Shown here: positions 10,027 through 20,694 of the stretch, in pieces
How the letters are laid out: each line of letters begins with the position of its first letter
Position numbering within the stretch: the first letter of the stretch is position 1
Assembly (NCBI GenBank): GCA_050951845.1
Contig: JBMNJV010000002.1
Coordinates: 73,447-137,446, forward strand
DNA length: 64,000 nucleotides
Source: Saccharofermentanales bacterium
GTDB lineage: Bacteria; Bacillota; Clostridia; Saccharofermentanales; DTU023
Reading direction: 5' to 3'
The notes under the pieces: generated by a model
Told to the model about the DNA's origin: nothing
What the model saw: the letters and a program-made list of their open reading frames with translations, nothing else
Databases searched by the model: none
Program-made: the position numbers and the translations under genes

Positions 10027-12399
10027 TTATTCTATTGGTCGCGGATCGATTTTCCAAATTTCTTCGGCATATTGTTCAATCGTTCTGTCTGAGCTGAATT
10101 GACCACTGTTACAAATGTTCCGCCAGCACATTTTTGCCCAAGCAGCTTGATCTTTATATGCTTCAAAAGCATCCTGACGACGTTTTTTGTAATCTTTAAA
10201 ATCACCTAAAACATAGTAAATATCAGCTTTTTCCCAATTCGAACCAGACAATAAGCTGTTGTGTAATTCACGGAACATACCGGTATCATCATCATTAAAC
10301 GTACCGTTAATTAATGAGTCAACAATACGTTTTAGTCCCGGAATGTTTCCATATTGCCATTGTGAATTATAGAAATCCAAAGTTGCAGGGAAATTTTCTA
10401 AACTGCAGCCAAACATGAAGTTATTCTCTTCACCTGCATATTCAACTATTTCAATATTTGCGCCGTCATAAGTTCCCAGAGTCAAAGCTCCGTTCATCAT
10501 AAATTTCATATTACCTGTACCGGAAGCTTCTTTACCGACAGTCGAAATTTGTTCGGACAGATCGGCTGCCGGGAATATTTTTTCAGCATATGATACATTA
10601 TAGTTTTGAACAAAGACAACTTTCATTTGATCATTAACATCCGGATCGTTATTAACTTTTTTCGCAATTTCATTGATGAATTTAATCACAGCTTTTGCCC
10701 GGAAATAGCCCGGAGCAGATTTACCGCCGAAAATATAAGTGACCGGAGTAATTTTAGCTCCCGGATTGTCTTTCAGGTAAAAATACTGGTCAAGAATTGC
10801 AAAGGCATTGAGCAATTGACGTTTATACTCATGAATCCGTTTAACCTGAACATCAAAGACGGAATCCGGATCAATAATTACACCTTCATTTTTTTCAATA
10901 TATTTTGCTAAAGCAACTTTGTTCTCACGTTTAATATCCATCAAACGCTTCATTACTTGTTCATCATTTTCGTATGGTAATAATTTTTTCAACAGAGAAA
11001 GATTAGTGACCCAATCTTCACTGCCTGATAATTCAGTTAACAAAGCTGATAATTTGGGATTGCATGTTCTGAGCCAGCGTCTCGGTGTAACTCCGTTAGT
11101 TTTATTATTGAATTTTTCCGGCCAAATTTTGAAATAACAACTAAAAGTTGTATCTTGCAAAATATTAGTATGGATTCTGGCGACTCCGTTTACTGAATAC
11201 GACATATAAACTGCCATATTTGCCATATGAACCATCCCGTCATGGATGATCGAATTCTTTTCGATTTGATGTGAATTGAAATGACAATCACGTAATTCAT
11301 TACGTAATTGGGAATCAATTCTTTGGATTATTTCCAGAATTCTCGGGAATAAGAATTGGAATATGCTGATTTCCCATTTTTCCAAAGCTTCAGCCAAGGT
11401 TGTATGATTGGTAAAAGCAAATGTTTTTCTGGTTATGGCAAAGGCTTGATCCCATTCAACACCTTTTTCATCGACTAACAGTCTGATTAATTCAGGAATT
11501 CCCAGAACAGGATGGGTATCGTTCAATTGAATGCTGTTAAAATCGGCAAATTTACTGTAATCCGTTCCATGTTCTCTTTCAAATATCTTAATTATGTTTT
11601 GGAGAGAAGCCGACACAAAGAAATACTGTTGTCTCACTCTCAGAACTTTACCGTCATAAGATGTATCGTTCGGATAAAGAACACGGAAAATATCACTAAC
11701 CCGGTTTCTTTCGATAACTGCATCATCAAAACGTTGTGAGTTAAATAAATTAAAGTCAAAAGCTTCTGCCGGTTCAGGTTTCCATAAACGAAGAACGTTA
11801 ACATTTTTCGTGCCGAAACCTGTCACAGGCAAATCATAAGGTTCTGCAATAACATCTAAGTCTTGGTAACGAACCATTACTCTGTCTTCGGATCTTTTTA
11901 CATTAAAAGGATAGGGATATTCCATCCATTCATCCGGATATTCCTTTTGGAATCCGTTTTCAAACAATTGTTTGAGCAGACCGTAACGATAGAGAATGCC
12001 GAAACCGGTAACCGGATAATTAAGTGTTGTACTGGAATCTAAGAAACAGGCGGCTAAACGTCCCAGACCACCATTACCGAGTCCCGGATCCGTTTCTTGT
12101 TCTTCTAAATCATTTAAATCAAAGCCTAATTCCTGAACTGCTTGTTGGACTTCATCATATATCCCCAGATTTACAATATTGTTCAGCAAGCTGCGACCGA
12201 CCAAAAATTCAGCGGAAAAATAAAAGGCTTGTTTACCTTTGCGATAAGTTTCGCGCGTATCCTCCCAATTCTCCGTTAAGACTTGCATAATTGATCGCGA
12301 TAAAGATTGCCAAATTTCCGTTTCAGTAGCGTGTTTTAAGTTTTTACCGTATTCAGCAGCTAAATTAGCTTTAATGCTGTTTACTAACTGATCTTTCAT
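10027..12399 (-). CDS. glgP: Glycogen/maltodextrin phosphorylase
   Basis: GLGNGGLGRLAACF, QLNDTHP, KRIHEYKRQ, EASGTGNMKF (PLP Lys); ATG 12399 after GGAGAG. Confidence 0.97.
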   Translation of the reverse strand: MKDQLVNSIKANLAAEYGKNLKHATETEIWQSLSRSIMQVLTENWEDTRETYRKGKQAFYFSAEFLVGRSLLNNIVNLGIYDEVQQAVQELGFDLNDLEEQETDPGLGNGGLGRLAACFLDSSTTLNYPVTGFGILYRYGLLKQLFENGFQKEYPDEWMEYPYPFNVKRSEDRVMVRYQDLDVIAEPYDLPVTGFGTKNVNVLRLWKPEPAEAFDFNLFNSQRFDDAVIERNRVSDIFRVLYPNDTSYDGKVLRVRQQYFFVSASLQNIIKIFEREHGTDYSKFADFNSIQLNDTHPVLGIPELIRLLVDEKGVEWDQAFAITRKTFAFTNHTTLAEALEKWEISIFQFLFPRILEIIQRIDSQLRNELRDCHFNSHQIEKNSIIHDGMVHMANMAVYMSYSVNGVARIHTNILQDTTFSCYFKIWPEKFNNKTNGVTPRRWLRTCNPKLSALLTELSGSEDWVTNLSLLKKLLPYENDEQVMKRLMDIKRENKVALAKYIEKNEGVIIDPDSVFDVQVKRIHEYKRQLLNAFAILDQYFYLKDNPGAKITPVTYIFGGKSAPGYFRAKAVIKFINEIAKKVNNDPDVNDQMKVVFVQNYNVSYAEKIFPAADLSEQISTVGKEASGTGNMKFMMNGALTLGTYDGANIEIVEYAGEENNFMFGCSLENFPATLDFYNSQWQYGNIPGLKRIVDSLINGTFNDDDTGMFRELHNSLLSGSNWEKADIYYVLGDFKDYKKRRQDAFEAYKDQAAWAKMCWRNICNSGQFSSDRTIEQYAEEIWKIDPRPIE

Positions 12400-12571
12400 A
12401 AAAGCTCTCCTACTAAGAAATAATAATTTCAATTAATGATCTATTCTAATTCCAGAAAAATATATCTGAAATTCCATAAATTTTCAATAACCTTTACTAT
12501 GTTACCAAATTTATCATTTTTTACCAAAAAAACAATCTATTTATTATAAACTTGTCTGATATCCTATATTT

Positions 12572-13039
12572 ATGAATATTTTTATCAATCTGTTTTGCTT
12601 TTTGCCTTTTTTGCGTTTTACTTATACGGATTTACGTTGGCAAAAAGTTTATAACAAAGAATTATGTTTAGCTTGGTTGATTATTTCAGGAATCAAAATT
12701 ACAGTTTGTACTTTACAGCAAATTGCTTTGAATTTTCTGGGATCAGTTGGCATCTTGCTGATTCTGCTTTTTACGGTATTAATTACTGAATTGATATGGG
12801 ATAAGTATTTGTTCGGTGGTGGTGACATCAAACTGATCGCTTTATCAGTCTGGGCTTTCGGCTTCTCTACCATTTTATTCACCATTTGGTTCGCTTGTAG
12901 TTTTGCATTCGTATTTATATTACTTACAAAATATTTTGCAAATTCAAAAACAAACAGCATTCCTTTCTCGCCATTTTTGACAGCAGGACTTCTGTTTACG
13001 CTACTCTTGCAACATCTTTTTCTATTAAGTAAAATATGA
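12572..13039 (+). CDS. Prepilin peptidase, A24 family (short form)
   Basis: Both catalytic Asp present (YTDL, GGGDIKL); C-terminal IPFSPFL. Confidence 0.8.
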   Translation: MNIFINLFCFLPFLRFTYTDLRWQKVYNKELCLAWLIISGIKITVCTLQQIALNFLGSVGILLILLFTVLITELIWDKYLFGGGDIKLIALSVWAFGFSTILFTIWFACSFAFVFILLTKYFANSKTNSIPFSPFLTAGLLFTLLLQHLFLLSKI

Positions 13040-13062
13040 AATAATTATTGAGGTAAAAGAAT

Positions 13063-14145
13063 GTGGATGATAAACAAAACAACAATATTCGACCAGTCAA
13101 TAAGCTGAGATCTGAAAACACGATCAGACCTACTAAGATCAGGATAGTTAATCCGACTCCTAAAACCAGCCAAACACTGGTTCAGCAAGCAAATAAAAAT
13201 TCAAAATGGCAAAAGAATTTAAATTTGTTGTTTTTTATTGTTTTAGGTTGCTTGATTTTTTTCATGTTGTATTTGCTTAAAATCCGGCAAAAAATATTTG
13301 CAGGCAATTTAACTTGGAAAAGTTTAACCTTAAGCCAAATTGTATTTTTATTTTTAGTTTTTGTTTTACCGAGCATTATTTATATCTTTATTAAGCCGCA
13401 ATTTGCTGTAACTATCAATTTAGCTGTCAATCCTCTCTCCGGATTGTTAAGTTTCCTGATCGGTTTTCCTTTCGCTTATATTATGGCATTGTTAAACTTG
13501 TCTTTATCGATTCTGCTGAAAAGAATCGGTATTTTGGATAATATCGTTTTATTCGGCAAACAAATTCAATGGTTTCCTGTCAATGAAACTGTCTATTTAC
13601 TCGTTTATTTGCTGATTATTTGTCTGTTACCGGCAATCCTGACAGAAGTTTCTTTGCGCGGTATCGTTTTGGAAGAGTTATTGCTTCAGAAAAAACAAAA
13701 TCGTGCCATTTTCTTTTGCGCTGCTGTAACAGGACTATTGAGCTTTCAGGTTCAGGAATTCTTACCTTATTTCGGTTTAGGCTTGTTGTTGTCATTGCTG
13801 TATATTTACCATCAATCCATAATAGCAACAACACTTTGTCACTTGTCTTTCAATCTTACTTATCACTATTTGATTATCAAAATATCCGTTCTGAACTTGA
13901 ATCTCACAAACAGTTCCGCAATTTTCATTGAAGATCTGATGCCTATAATTATTAAAGGACTGATTGCAACTACCCTATTTATTCCTTTATTTGTCGTCTT
14001 AAGTCAAACAAAAAAAATCAATCCGCTTTTAGACTCAGATAAAATCATCGAGCGACATTCCAAGAAAAAAGCACCCGGAAACAAATTCTTCAATCTCTCT
14101 TTTATTGCACTGATAATCTTATTTGTTATTAATGTAATTATTTGA
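13063..14145 (+). CDS. CPBP/Abi (type II CAAX protease-like) membrane protein with degenerate motifs
   Basis: Multi-TM; PAILTEVSLRG aligns to EExxxR and LCHLSFN to HxxxN. Confidence 0.7.
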   Translation: MDDKQNNNIRPVNKLRSENTIRPTKIRIVNPTPKTSQTLVQQANKNSKWQKNLNLLFFIVLGCLIFFMLYLLKIRQKIFAGNLTWKSLTLSQIVFLFLVFVLPSIIYIFIKPQFAVTINLAVNPLSGLLSFLIGFPFAYIMALLNLSLSILLKRIGILDNIVLFGKQIQWFPVNETVYLLVYLLIICLLPAILTEVSLRGIVLEELLLQKKQNRAIFFCAAVTGLLSFQVQEFLPYFGLGLLLSLLYIYHQSIIATTLCHLSFNLTYHYLIIKISVLNLNLTNSSAIFIEDLMPIIIKGLIATTLFIPLFVVLSQTKKINPLLDSDKIIERHSKKKAPGNKFFNLSFIALIILFVINVII

Positions 14146-14187
14146 TATGCATGTCTTACGGATAAAATAGCTCTTAAAAAAATAAAT

Positions 14188-14449
14188 TTGCACACTATTT
14201 AAGGTTGTGCCGCTAAATTACTGAATAAGCTTAAATAATGTGTAAGCTAAATTAGAAAAAGCCGGATATGTTGAATAAATTGCACACTATTTAAGGTTGT
14301 GCTGCTAAATTACTGAATAAGCTTAAATAATGTGTAAGCTAAATTAGAAAAAGCCGGTTTTATTGACGAATTTGCACACTATTTAAGGTTGTGCCGCTAA
14401 ATTACTGAATAAGCTTAAATAATGTGTAAGCTAAATTAAAATAAACCGG
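14188..14449 (+). repeat. Tandem array of three 92-bp units, each a 58-bp hairpin (16-bp inverted arms) plus linker
   Basis: Units start at 14188, 14280 and 14372: TTGCACACTATTTAAG-N26-CTTAAATAATGTGTAA, then gctaaattagaaaaagccgg. Confidence 0.95.
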
Positions 14450-14452
14450 GTT

Positions 14453-15709
14453 TTAATATAGAACTTGTTTCAAGTAAGAACCTTGCGGGATTTCTTCAGC
14501 ATTTTCATAAGGAATCAAAAACAACATCCGTGCATGGGGCGTCGATTCAATCGGTTGACGGTTCAGATCGAATAATTCATTTAACTGTAAATCAATTGTA
14601 TCGCGGTTCGGCATAATAAGTTCAACTTTAGCACCGCGCTCAATTTTATTTTTTTGTTCCAAAACTAAATAGTTGTTTTCCAGATTGTCTCTGACTTCAG
14701 CAATTACTTTAGCTTGTTTATACATGGTTTTTTCGGCATGAATTTTTGATTCTTGTTCCGCCAAAGGTTTAGCGGTATCCTGAAAAAAGAATCCGGTATC
14801 AAAATGGCGGTGGACGGTTTGTTCTAAAGCTTCGAGCCAGGCAGGATCGACCTGGTAATTATCAGGATCGTCCAGATAAGTATCCAAAGCTTGGCGATAC
14901 GTTTTCACTACAACCGAGGCATAGAAAGCACTCTTCGTTCTGCCTTCTATTTTCAGACTGGTTATTCCCGCCTCAATTAATTGCGGAATATATTCAATCA
15001 TGCAAAGATCTGATGAGCTCAAAAGATATGATCCGTGCTGATCTTGTTCTAATATTATGGGTTTATCGGGATGCCCTTTTTCCTTTAAGATCAAGCAGTC
15101 GGTTTGATAATTCCAGCGGCAAGGCTGAGTGCAAGCTCCCCGATTGCCGGAGCGTGCATTGAAATAATCGGATAGAATACAACGACCGGAATATGACATG
15201 CACATCGCACCGTGGACGAAAGCTTCCAATTCTAGGTCATCCGGTATTTGTTGACGCATAGTTCTGATATCTGCTAAAGAAAGTTCACGTGCCAAAATGA
15301 TTCTGGTAACTCCCTGATCGTACCAAAATTTCGCGGTTTGCGAATTCAAAACACTGCTCTGTGTGCTGATGTGAATAGCAAGTTCAGGTGCGTATTTACG
15401 AACTGTTTGTAAAACACCGGGATCAGAGACAATCACCGCATCAATACCTGTTGCGGGTAAAGCTTTGATCACGGTTTCCAGGTCGGCAAAATCATGATCC
15501 CGGGCCAAACTGTTTAAAGTAAGATATGCTTTGACCTTATTTTGATGTGCCAGCTCTACTGCTTGCGGTAATTGATCATGAAGATTGAAATTTCCGCCGG
15601 CAGCTCGTAAATTAAACTGATTCAGTCCCAGATAGACAGCATCCGCACCATATTGAATAACTTTACTCAATTTTTCAAAATCACCGGCAGGAGCTAATAA
15701 TTCAATCAT
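14453..15709 (-). CDS. U32 family peptidase-like protein (TrhP/YrrO-like tRNA hydroxylation protein)
   Basis: ELLAPAG, GADAVYLG, HGAMCMSYSGRC, NRGACTQPCR and LKIEGR motifs; TGATG coupling to mltG. Confidence 0.9.
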   Translation of the reverse strand: MIELLAPAGDFEKLSKVIQYGADAVYLGLNQFNLRAAGGNFNLHDQLPQAVELAHQNKVKAYLTLNSLARDHDFADLETVIKALPATGIDAVIVSDPGVLQTVRKYAPELAIHISTQSSVLNSQTAKFWYDQGVTRIILARELSLADIRTMRQQIPDDLELEAFVHGAMCMSYSGRCILSDYFNARSGNRGACTQPCRWNYQTDCLILKEKGHPDKPIILEQDQHGSYLLSSSDLCMIEYIPQLIEAGITSLKIEGRTKSAFYASVVVKTYRQALDTYLDDPDNYQVDPAWLEALEQTVHRHFDTGFFFQDTAKPLAEQESKIHAEKTMYKQAKVIAEVRDNLENNYLVLEQKNKIERGAKVELIMPNRDTIDLQLNELFDLNRQPIESTPHARMLFLIPYENAEEIPQGSYLKQVLY

Positions 15710-16854
15710 CAATCTTCCTCATTTTTAGAACGATAAAACTCAACGTTTTCTTGTTGTTCTTCATAAGTTTTGGCAAATACATTATTGCCTTTACCATCTG
15801 CACAGAAATAATAATAATCCAAAGCTTCAGGCCAAGTTCTTTCTGTCGCCGGCCAGAGCACACCTTCAATTGCAGCCAATCCCGGATTATTGATCGGGCC
15901 GGGAGGTAAACCGTCATAAGCATATGTATTATAAGGATTATACTGAAAACGATCCAGATCGGTTTGTTGCACCCAGAAAACCGGTTTTTCATTGTTTTCC
16001 AAACGCAAATAATTGATGGTTGCACATGATTCAAGCTTCATTTGTGAATCTAATCGATTAAGGAACACTCTGCCTATTTTATACATTTCTGCTGATGTTC
16101 CTTCAGTTTGGACAATCGAAGCCAAAGTCATTACTTGATCCATTGTCAGTCCCATTTCAGCAGCTCGTTCTTCATAATTGCCTGTTGTCAATTTATTATT
16201 AGTATTATTCAAAAACATGCGTAAGATGTCATTTTCATCCATACTCGGATCAAAACGATAGGTATCCGGCCACAGATATCCTTGCAGCATCCATGTCCGC
16301 TGTTCATGTACCTGAATGTTTCTGACGAAAGGATAGTCAATGAAAGCATTTGGCCGTTTGACCAGTTCATCCATATATTCGACATCTATATTGAGTCCGG
16401 AATCAATTAATCTTTGCTGCATTTGTTTATAGGTAAAACCTTCGGGAATCGTGATCACGATCGCTTCCGGCTGATGAGTCAACAGATACATCATTTCGTC
16501 ATAACTCAGTTCCGGTGTCAAATAATGGGTTCCGGCTTGATATTTGCCGTCAAATCCGTTGAACTTGGACAATATCTTAAATGAAAACGGACTGCCGATT
16601 AATTTTTTATCCTTGAGAATATTCGCAATGTCATCACTGGTCGCAGCTCGCGGTATTGTAACTTCGACAGCACCCGGCGTATACTCGGTGATCGGCGAAC
16701 TGCCTTTTTCTTCAAATCTTTGTTGTAAATTCGTCAATCGTTCATCCTGGGCTTTAACATATTCGAAGCCGTTAATAAATCCCACAAAAGCAACCAGAAT
16801 TAAAAAGGCTATACAGGCAAAAATTATTATGATTTTGAATATTTTAGATGACAT
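15709..16854 (-). CDS. mltG: Endolytic transglycosylase MltG
   Basis: N-terminal TM, ITIPEG, GYLWPDTY, TLASIVQTE, PYNTY..GLPPGPINNPG. Confidence 0.93.
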   Translation of the reverse strand: MSSKIFKIIIIFACIAFLILVAFVGFINGFEYVKAQDERLTNLQQRFEEKGSSPITEYTPGAVEVTIPRAATSDDIANILKDKKLIGSPFSFKILSKFNGFDGKYQAGTHYLTPELSYDEMMYLLTHQPEAIVITIPEGFTYKQMQQRLIDSGLNIDVEYMDELVKRPNAFIDYPFVRNIQVHEQRTWMLQGYLWPDTYRFDPSMDENDILRMFLNNTNNKLTTGNYEERAAEMGLTMDQVMTLASIVQTEGTSAEMYKIGRVFLNRLDSQMKLESCATINYLRLENNEKPVFWVQQTDLDRFQYNPYNTYAYDGLPPGPINNPGLAAIEGVLWPATERTWPEALDYYYFCADGKGNNVFAKTYEEQQENVEFYRSKNEED

Positions 16855-16957
16855 TTAACAGCTCCGTTGATTAACATTATTATAGTTAAGCTATTCGTTA
16901 AATTAATTTGGCATTCTGTTATTTAGAGCAATCAAAAACCGGTATCTCAACATTAAT

Positions 16958-18799
16958 TCATGAAGTTTTTGTTTTATTTGCTCGTAATCTTTGGGAATGA
17001 TCCAGAATTTTCTTTCTTACTCTGATATTTTTCGGTGTTATTTCAATCCATTCATCATCTGCCACAAATTCCAGATACTGTTCCAAACTAAATTGCAATT
17101 GCGGAGTTAATTTCAAAGTATCATCACTGCCGGCAGCTCTGATATTTGTAGCATGTTTGCGGCGGCAAACATTTACAGTTACATCTTCTTTTTGCATCGT
17201 TCGTCCGATGACCTGACCTTGATAAACTTCTGTTCCGGGTGCAATGAACAGCTCACCTCTGGCTTGTGCATTATGCAAACCGTACGTAACCGCGATACCG
17301 GTTTCATAAGATATCAAAACACCGTGATTCCTGCTTTCAATATCGCCTTTCCACGGCACAAAACCGTCGATAATGCTATTGATTATACCATTGCCCCTGG
17401 TGTCGGTCAAAAACTCTGAGCGATATCCGATCAATCCGCGTGCCGGAATTTTGAACTCCATTCTGGTATAACCGCGTAACGGCGGTGACATCCTGATCAG
17501 TTCGGCTTTTCGCCGATTAAGTTTTTCAATTACTACACCGGAAAAATCATTCGGGACATCGATCATGACCAGTTCCTCCGGTTCAAATAATTTGCCGTCA
17601 ATCTCTTTAACTATTATTTGCGGTTTTGAAACTTGAAATTCATAACCTTCACGCCGCATAGTTTCAATCAGAACTGATAAATGTAATTCACCTCTGCCTT
17701 TGACAATGAATTGTTCAGTCGTTCGGGTATCTTCCATTTGCATGGAAATATTGGTGTAAATTTCACGCTCAAGTCTGGCCCTTAAATGGCGGCTTGTTAC
17801 ATATTCACCTTCTCTGCCTGCGAACGGACTGTCATTTACCGCAAAAGTCATTGCAATGGTCGGTTCATCGATTTTGACAAAAGGTAAAGCATCCGGTTTT
17901 TCCGGATCACAGATCGTATCACCGATCAATAAATGATCAAGACCTGTCACGGCAACTATTTCACCAACTTCAGCCTGCGAGATTTCTTTACGTTCCAGCC
18001 CCTGAAAAATCATCAATTTCCCGATTTTACCTGTAACCTTTTTTGTAGGATCATGATGATTTACGATTACAACTTCTTGTTTGTTATGAACAAAACCGTT
18101 TTCTATTTTTCCGATTGCAATTCTGCCTAAATAAGGATCATAGTCGATATTTGAAACAAGCATTTGAAAATCCGCCTCCGGCGATCCCTGCGGTTCCGGA
18201 ATACATTCAACTATTGTCTGAAATATCGGCTCAACCGAGCCGCCGGCAATTAAGTCGGGTGTTATTTCTTGCGGTAATTCGCTGAATGCCGCCCCGCCTT
18301 TAGCCGATGCATATAAAACGGGAAATTCAATCTGCTCATCCGTCGCATCTAATTCGATAAATAGTTCATAAACCAAATCAAGAACTTCGGACGGTCTGGC
18401 ATTCGGACGGTCAATTTTGTTGATGATGACAATCGGTTGGAGATGTTTTTCCAAGGTTTTCCGCAAGACAAAACGGGTTTGCGGCATCGGTCCGTCAAAA
18501 GCATCAACTATAAGTAAAACGCCGTCGACCATTTTCAAAACGCGTTCGACTTCTCCGCCGAAATCAGCATGTCCCGGAGTATCGACTATATTGATATGAT
18601 AATCTTTGTATTGAACTGCCGTGTTTTTTGCCAGGATTGTAATACCGCGTTCTCTTTCCAAATCATTGGAATCCATAACTTGCTCAATTACAGTCTGATG
18701 TTCGCCAAATATTCCGCTCTGTTGTAAAAGGGCATCGACCAAAGTCGTTTTGCCATGATCAACATGTGCGATAATTGCTATATTACGAATCTTTTTCAT
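16958..18799 (-). CDS. typA: Translational GTPase TypA/BipA
   Basis: [36 protein letters not shown]. Confidence 0.97.
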   Translation of the reverse strand: MKKIRNIAIIAHVDHGKTTLVDALLQQSGIFGEHQTVIEQVMDSNDLERERGITILAKNTAVQYKDYHINIVDTPGHADFGGEVERVLKMVDGVLLIVDAFDGPMPQTRFVLRKTLEKHLQPIVIINKIDRPNARPSEVLDLVYELFIELDATDEQIEFPVLYASAKGGAAFSELPQEITPDLIAGGSVEPIFQTIVECIPEPQGSPEADFQMLVSNIDYDPYLGRIAIGKIENGFVHNKQEVVIVNHHDPTKKVTGKIGKLMIFQGLERKEISQAEVGEIVAVTGLDHLLIGDTICDPEKPDALPFVKIDEPTIAMTFAVNDSPFAGREGEYVTSRHLRARLEREIYTNISMQMEDTRTTEQFIVKGRGELHLSVLIETMRREGYEFQVSKPQIIVKEIDGKLFEPEELVMIDVPNDFSGVVIEKLNRRKAELIRMSPPLRGYTRMEFKIPARGLIGYRSEFLTDTRGNGIINSIIDGFVPWKGDIESRNHGVLISYETGIAVTYGLHNAQARGELFIAPGTEVYQGQVIGRTMQKEDVTVNVCRRKHATNIRAAGSDDTLKLTPQLQFSLEQYLEFVADDEWIEITPKNIRVRKKILDHSQRLRANKTKTS

Positions 18800-18890
18800 C
18801 AATGTTTATGCTTTCTGTTCAATTAAATTAAACCAAGTCTTTTTATGTCTCAACAAATTAAGTTTCATTATATCTGCCCAATCGCCTGAT

Positions 18891-18966
18891 CAATTATCCG
18901 CCTGAAAGACTTTTAATTTCCGTCTTAAAGCCTTTCCGTTATCCGCCTGAAAGACTTTCAATTATC
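18891..18966. repeat. About 3 copies of a 22-23-bp unit (TTATCCGCCTGAAAGACTTT core) between der and typA
   Basis: Identical 20-mers at 18894 and 18939 with a degenerate copy between them. Confidence 0.75.
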
Positions 18967-18967
18967 T

Positions 18968-20323
18968 TTAATCTCTTTGTCTGAACAAATCAGTTAATTC
19001 TTCATTTCTTTTGCGATTACGCCAGATAAAGAAAATCGGTGTCCCGTCAAAACCGAAATTCAAGCGGAATTGGTTTTCAAGATAGCGTTCATAAGAAAAA
19101 TGCAATAAGTCTTTATTGTTGACAAAAAATACAAATTGTGGCGGACCGACAGCAACCTGAGTTGCATAGAGGATTTTCAGACGGCGTCCTTTGTCCTGCG
19201 GTGTAGGATTCATAGCCATCGCTTCCGCCAAAACCTCATTGATGACCGTAGTTGATAAGCGCTTGTTCGCTTCTTGGTATACTTCAATAATCAAATCAAA
19301 AATCTTATCAATACGCTGTCCGGTCCTGGCTGAAACAAAAATCAACGGCGCATAACTCATAAAACTGAATCGATGTTTAATATCCGCAGTTATCTCCGAC
19401 ATCAGTTCTTGTTTATTCTCAATTAAATCCCACTTATTGATGACAAAAATCACAGCTTTACCGTTATTGTGTGCCAATCCGGCAATTTTTGTATCCTGTT
19501 CGGTAATACCGTCAAGAGCATCAATCATGATCAAACAGACATCAGAGCGCTTGATTGCCGCTTCGGTCCGTAAATTGCTGTATTTTTCAATTTTATCTTT
19601 TATTCTGCTTTTACGACGTAAACCGGCAGTATCAATTAAACGATAGGAACCGGTCGGATGTTCAAAAAAAATATCGATTGCATCACGGGTTGTACCGGCT
19701 TGATCGGAGACAATTGTCCGCTCTTCCTGCAGCAAATGGTTAATTAATGATGATTTGCCGACATTCGGTTTGCCGATCACCGCAACCGCAATTCTCTGAT
19801 CAGCTTGTTCGACAAATGTCCGCTCAGGCAGATTGGCAAGCACCCGGTCCAGGACATCGGTAAAACCGAGTCGATGGGACGCCGATACAGGAATGAATTC
19901 ACCTAAACCTAACTGATAAAAGTCGTATATTTCTGGCGGCAAATTTGCCAGTTGATCCACTTTATTAATTACAAGAATCACCGGTTTTCCGGATTTACGA
20001 AGCATGGTTGCAATCTCAAAATCCGCAGGCAACAGACCTGTTTTCAGATCACACATAAAAATGATAACATCTGCCGTATCAATCGCAATTTCGGCCTGAT
20101 TACGCATTGCAGACAAAATATCATCCGAAACATCCGGTTCGATACCTCCGGTATCTATGAAAGTCATTTCCTGGCCAAGCCATTCAGTATCAGCATAGAT
20201 TCGGTCACGCGTAACACCCGGCGTATCATCCACAATGGAAATTCTCTCGCCGATAATTGCGTTAAAAAATGTTGATTTACCGACATTCGGTCTGCCTATG
20301 ACTGCCACAATCGGTTTTAACAT
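18968..20323 (-). CDS. der: Ribosome biogenesis GTPase Der (EngA)
   Basis: Two G domains (GRPNVGKST, GKPNVGKSS) and C-terminal LHFSYERYLEN. Confidence 0.97.
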   Translation of the reverse strand: MLKPIVAVIGRPNVGKSTFFNAIIGERISIVDDTPGVTRDRIYADTEWLGQEMTFIDTGGIEPDVSDDILSAMRNQAEIAIDTADVIIFMCDLKTGLLPADFEIATMLRKSGKPVILVINKVDQLANLPPEIYDFYQLGLGEFIPVSASHRLGFTDVLDRVLANLPERTFVEQADQRIAVAVIGKPNVGKSSLINHLLQEERTIVSDQAGTTRDAIDIFFEHPTGSYRLIDTAGLRRKSRIKDKIEKYSNLRTEAAIKRSDVCLIMIDALDGITEQDTKIAGLAHNNGKAVIFVINKWDLIENKQELMSEITADIKHRFSFMSYAPLIFVSARTGQRIDKIFDLIIEVYQEANKRLSTTVINEVLAEAMAMNPTPQDKGRRLKILYATQVAVGPPQFVFFVNNKDLLHFSYERYLENQFRLNFGFDGTPIFFIWRNRKRNEELTDLFRQRD

Positions 20324-20375
20324 GTCCTTTTTCCACTTTCAATCGTTTTTATTCAGTCTTCCAAGTTACTCACGT

Positions 20376-20411
20376 AAAAAGCAGCGAGTTTTATAAATTG
20401 TCCCGCTGCTT
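20376..20411 (-). terminator. Terminator after rpmF
   Basis: AAGCAGCG...CGCTGCTT stem with a U tract on the minus strand. Confidence 0.6.
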
Positions 20412-20445
20412 CATAACATTCATCTAAAACAAGAATTCAAGAAAT

Positions 20446-20625
20446 CTATGCTTCTTGTTCGATTATTTCACGACCATCATAATAGCCACAATTTTTGCAA
20501 ACTCGATGACTCATTCTTAACTCGTGGCATTGCGGGCATTCCACAAGACCGGGTGACTTTACTTTCCAATTTGAACGGGAACGTCTTGATCTTGCTTTCG
20601 ACCATCTTCTCTTTGGAACTGCCAT
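20446..20625 (-). CDS. rpmF: 50S ribosomal protein L32 (Zn-binding form)
   Basis: MAVPKRR, CPQC...HRVCKNCGYY; GGAGGT SD. Confidence 0.97.
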   Translation of the reverse strand: MAVPKRRWSKARSRRSRSNWKVKSPGLVECPQCHELRMSHRVCKNCGYYDGREIIEQEA

Positions 20626-20694
20626 ATATATCAACCTCCATCTAGAACCTAAATCATTAACACCAAAGAATTATGATATAAAATATCAACTGTG

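Noticed and set aside
14188-14449. CRISPR array reading of the 91-92-bp arrays (also 49613-49852)
   Set aside because: The would-be spacers are identical or clearly homologous to each other, and no cas gene or leader is in the window.
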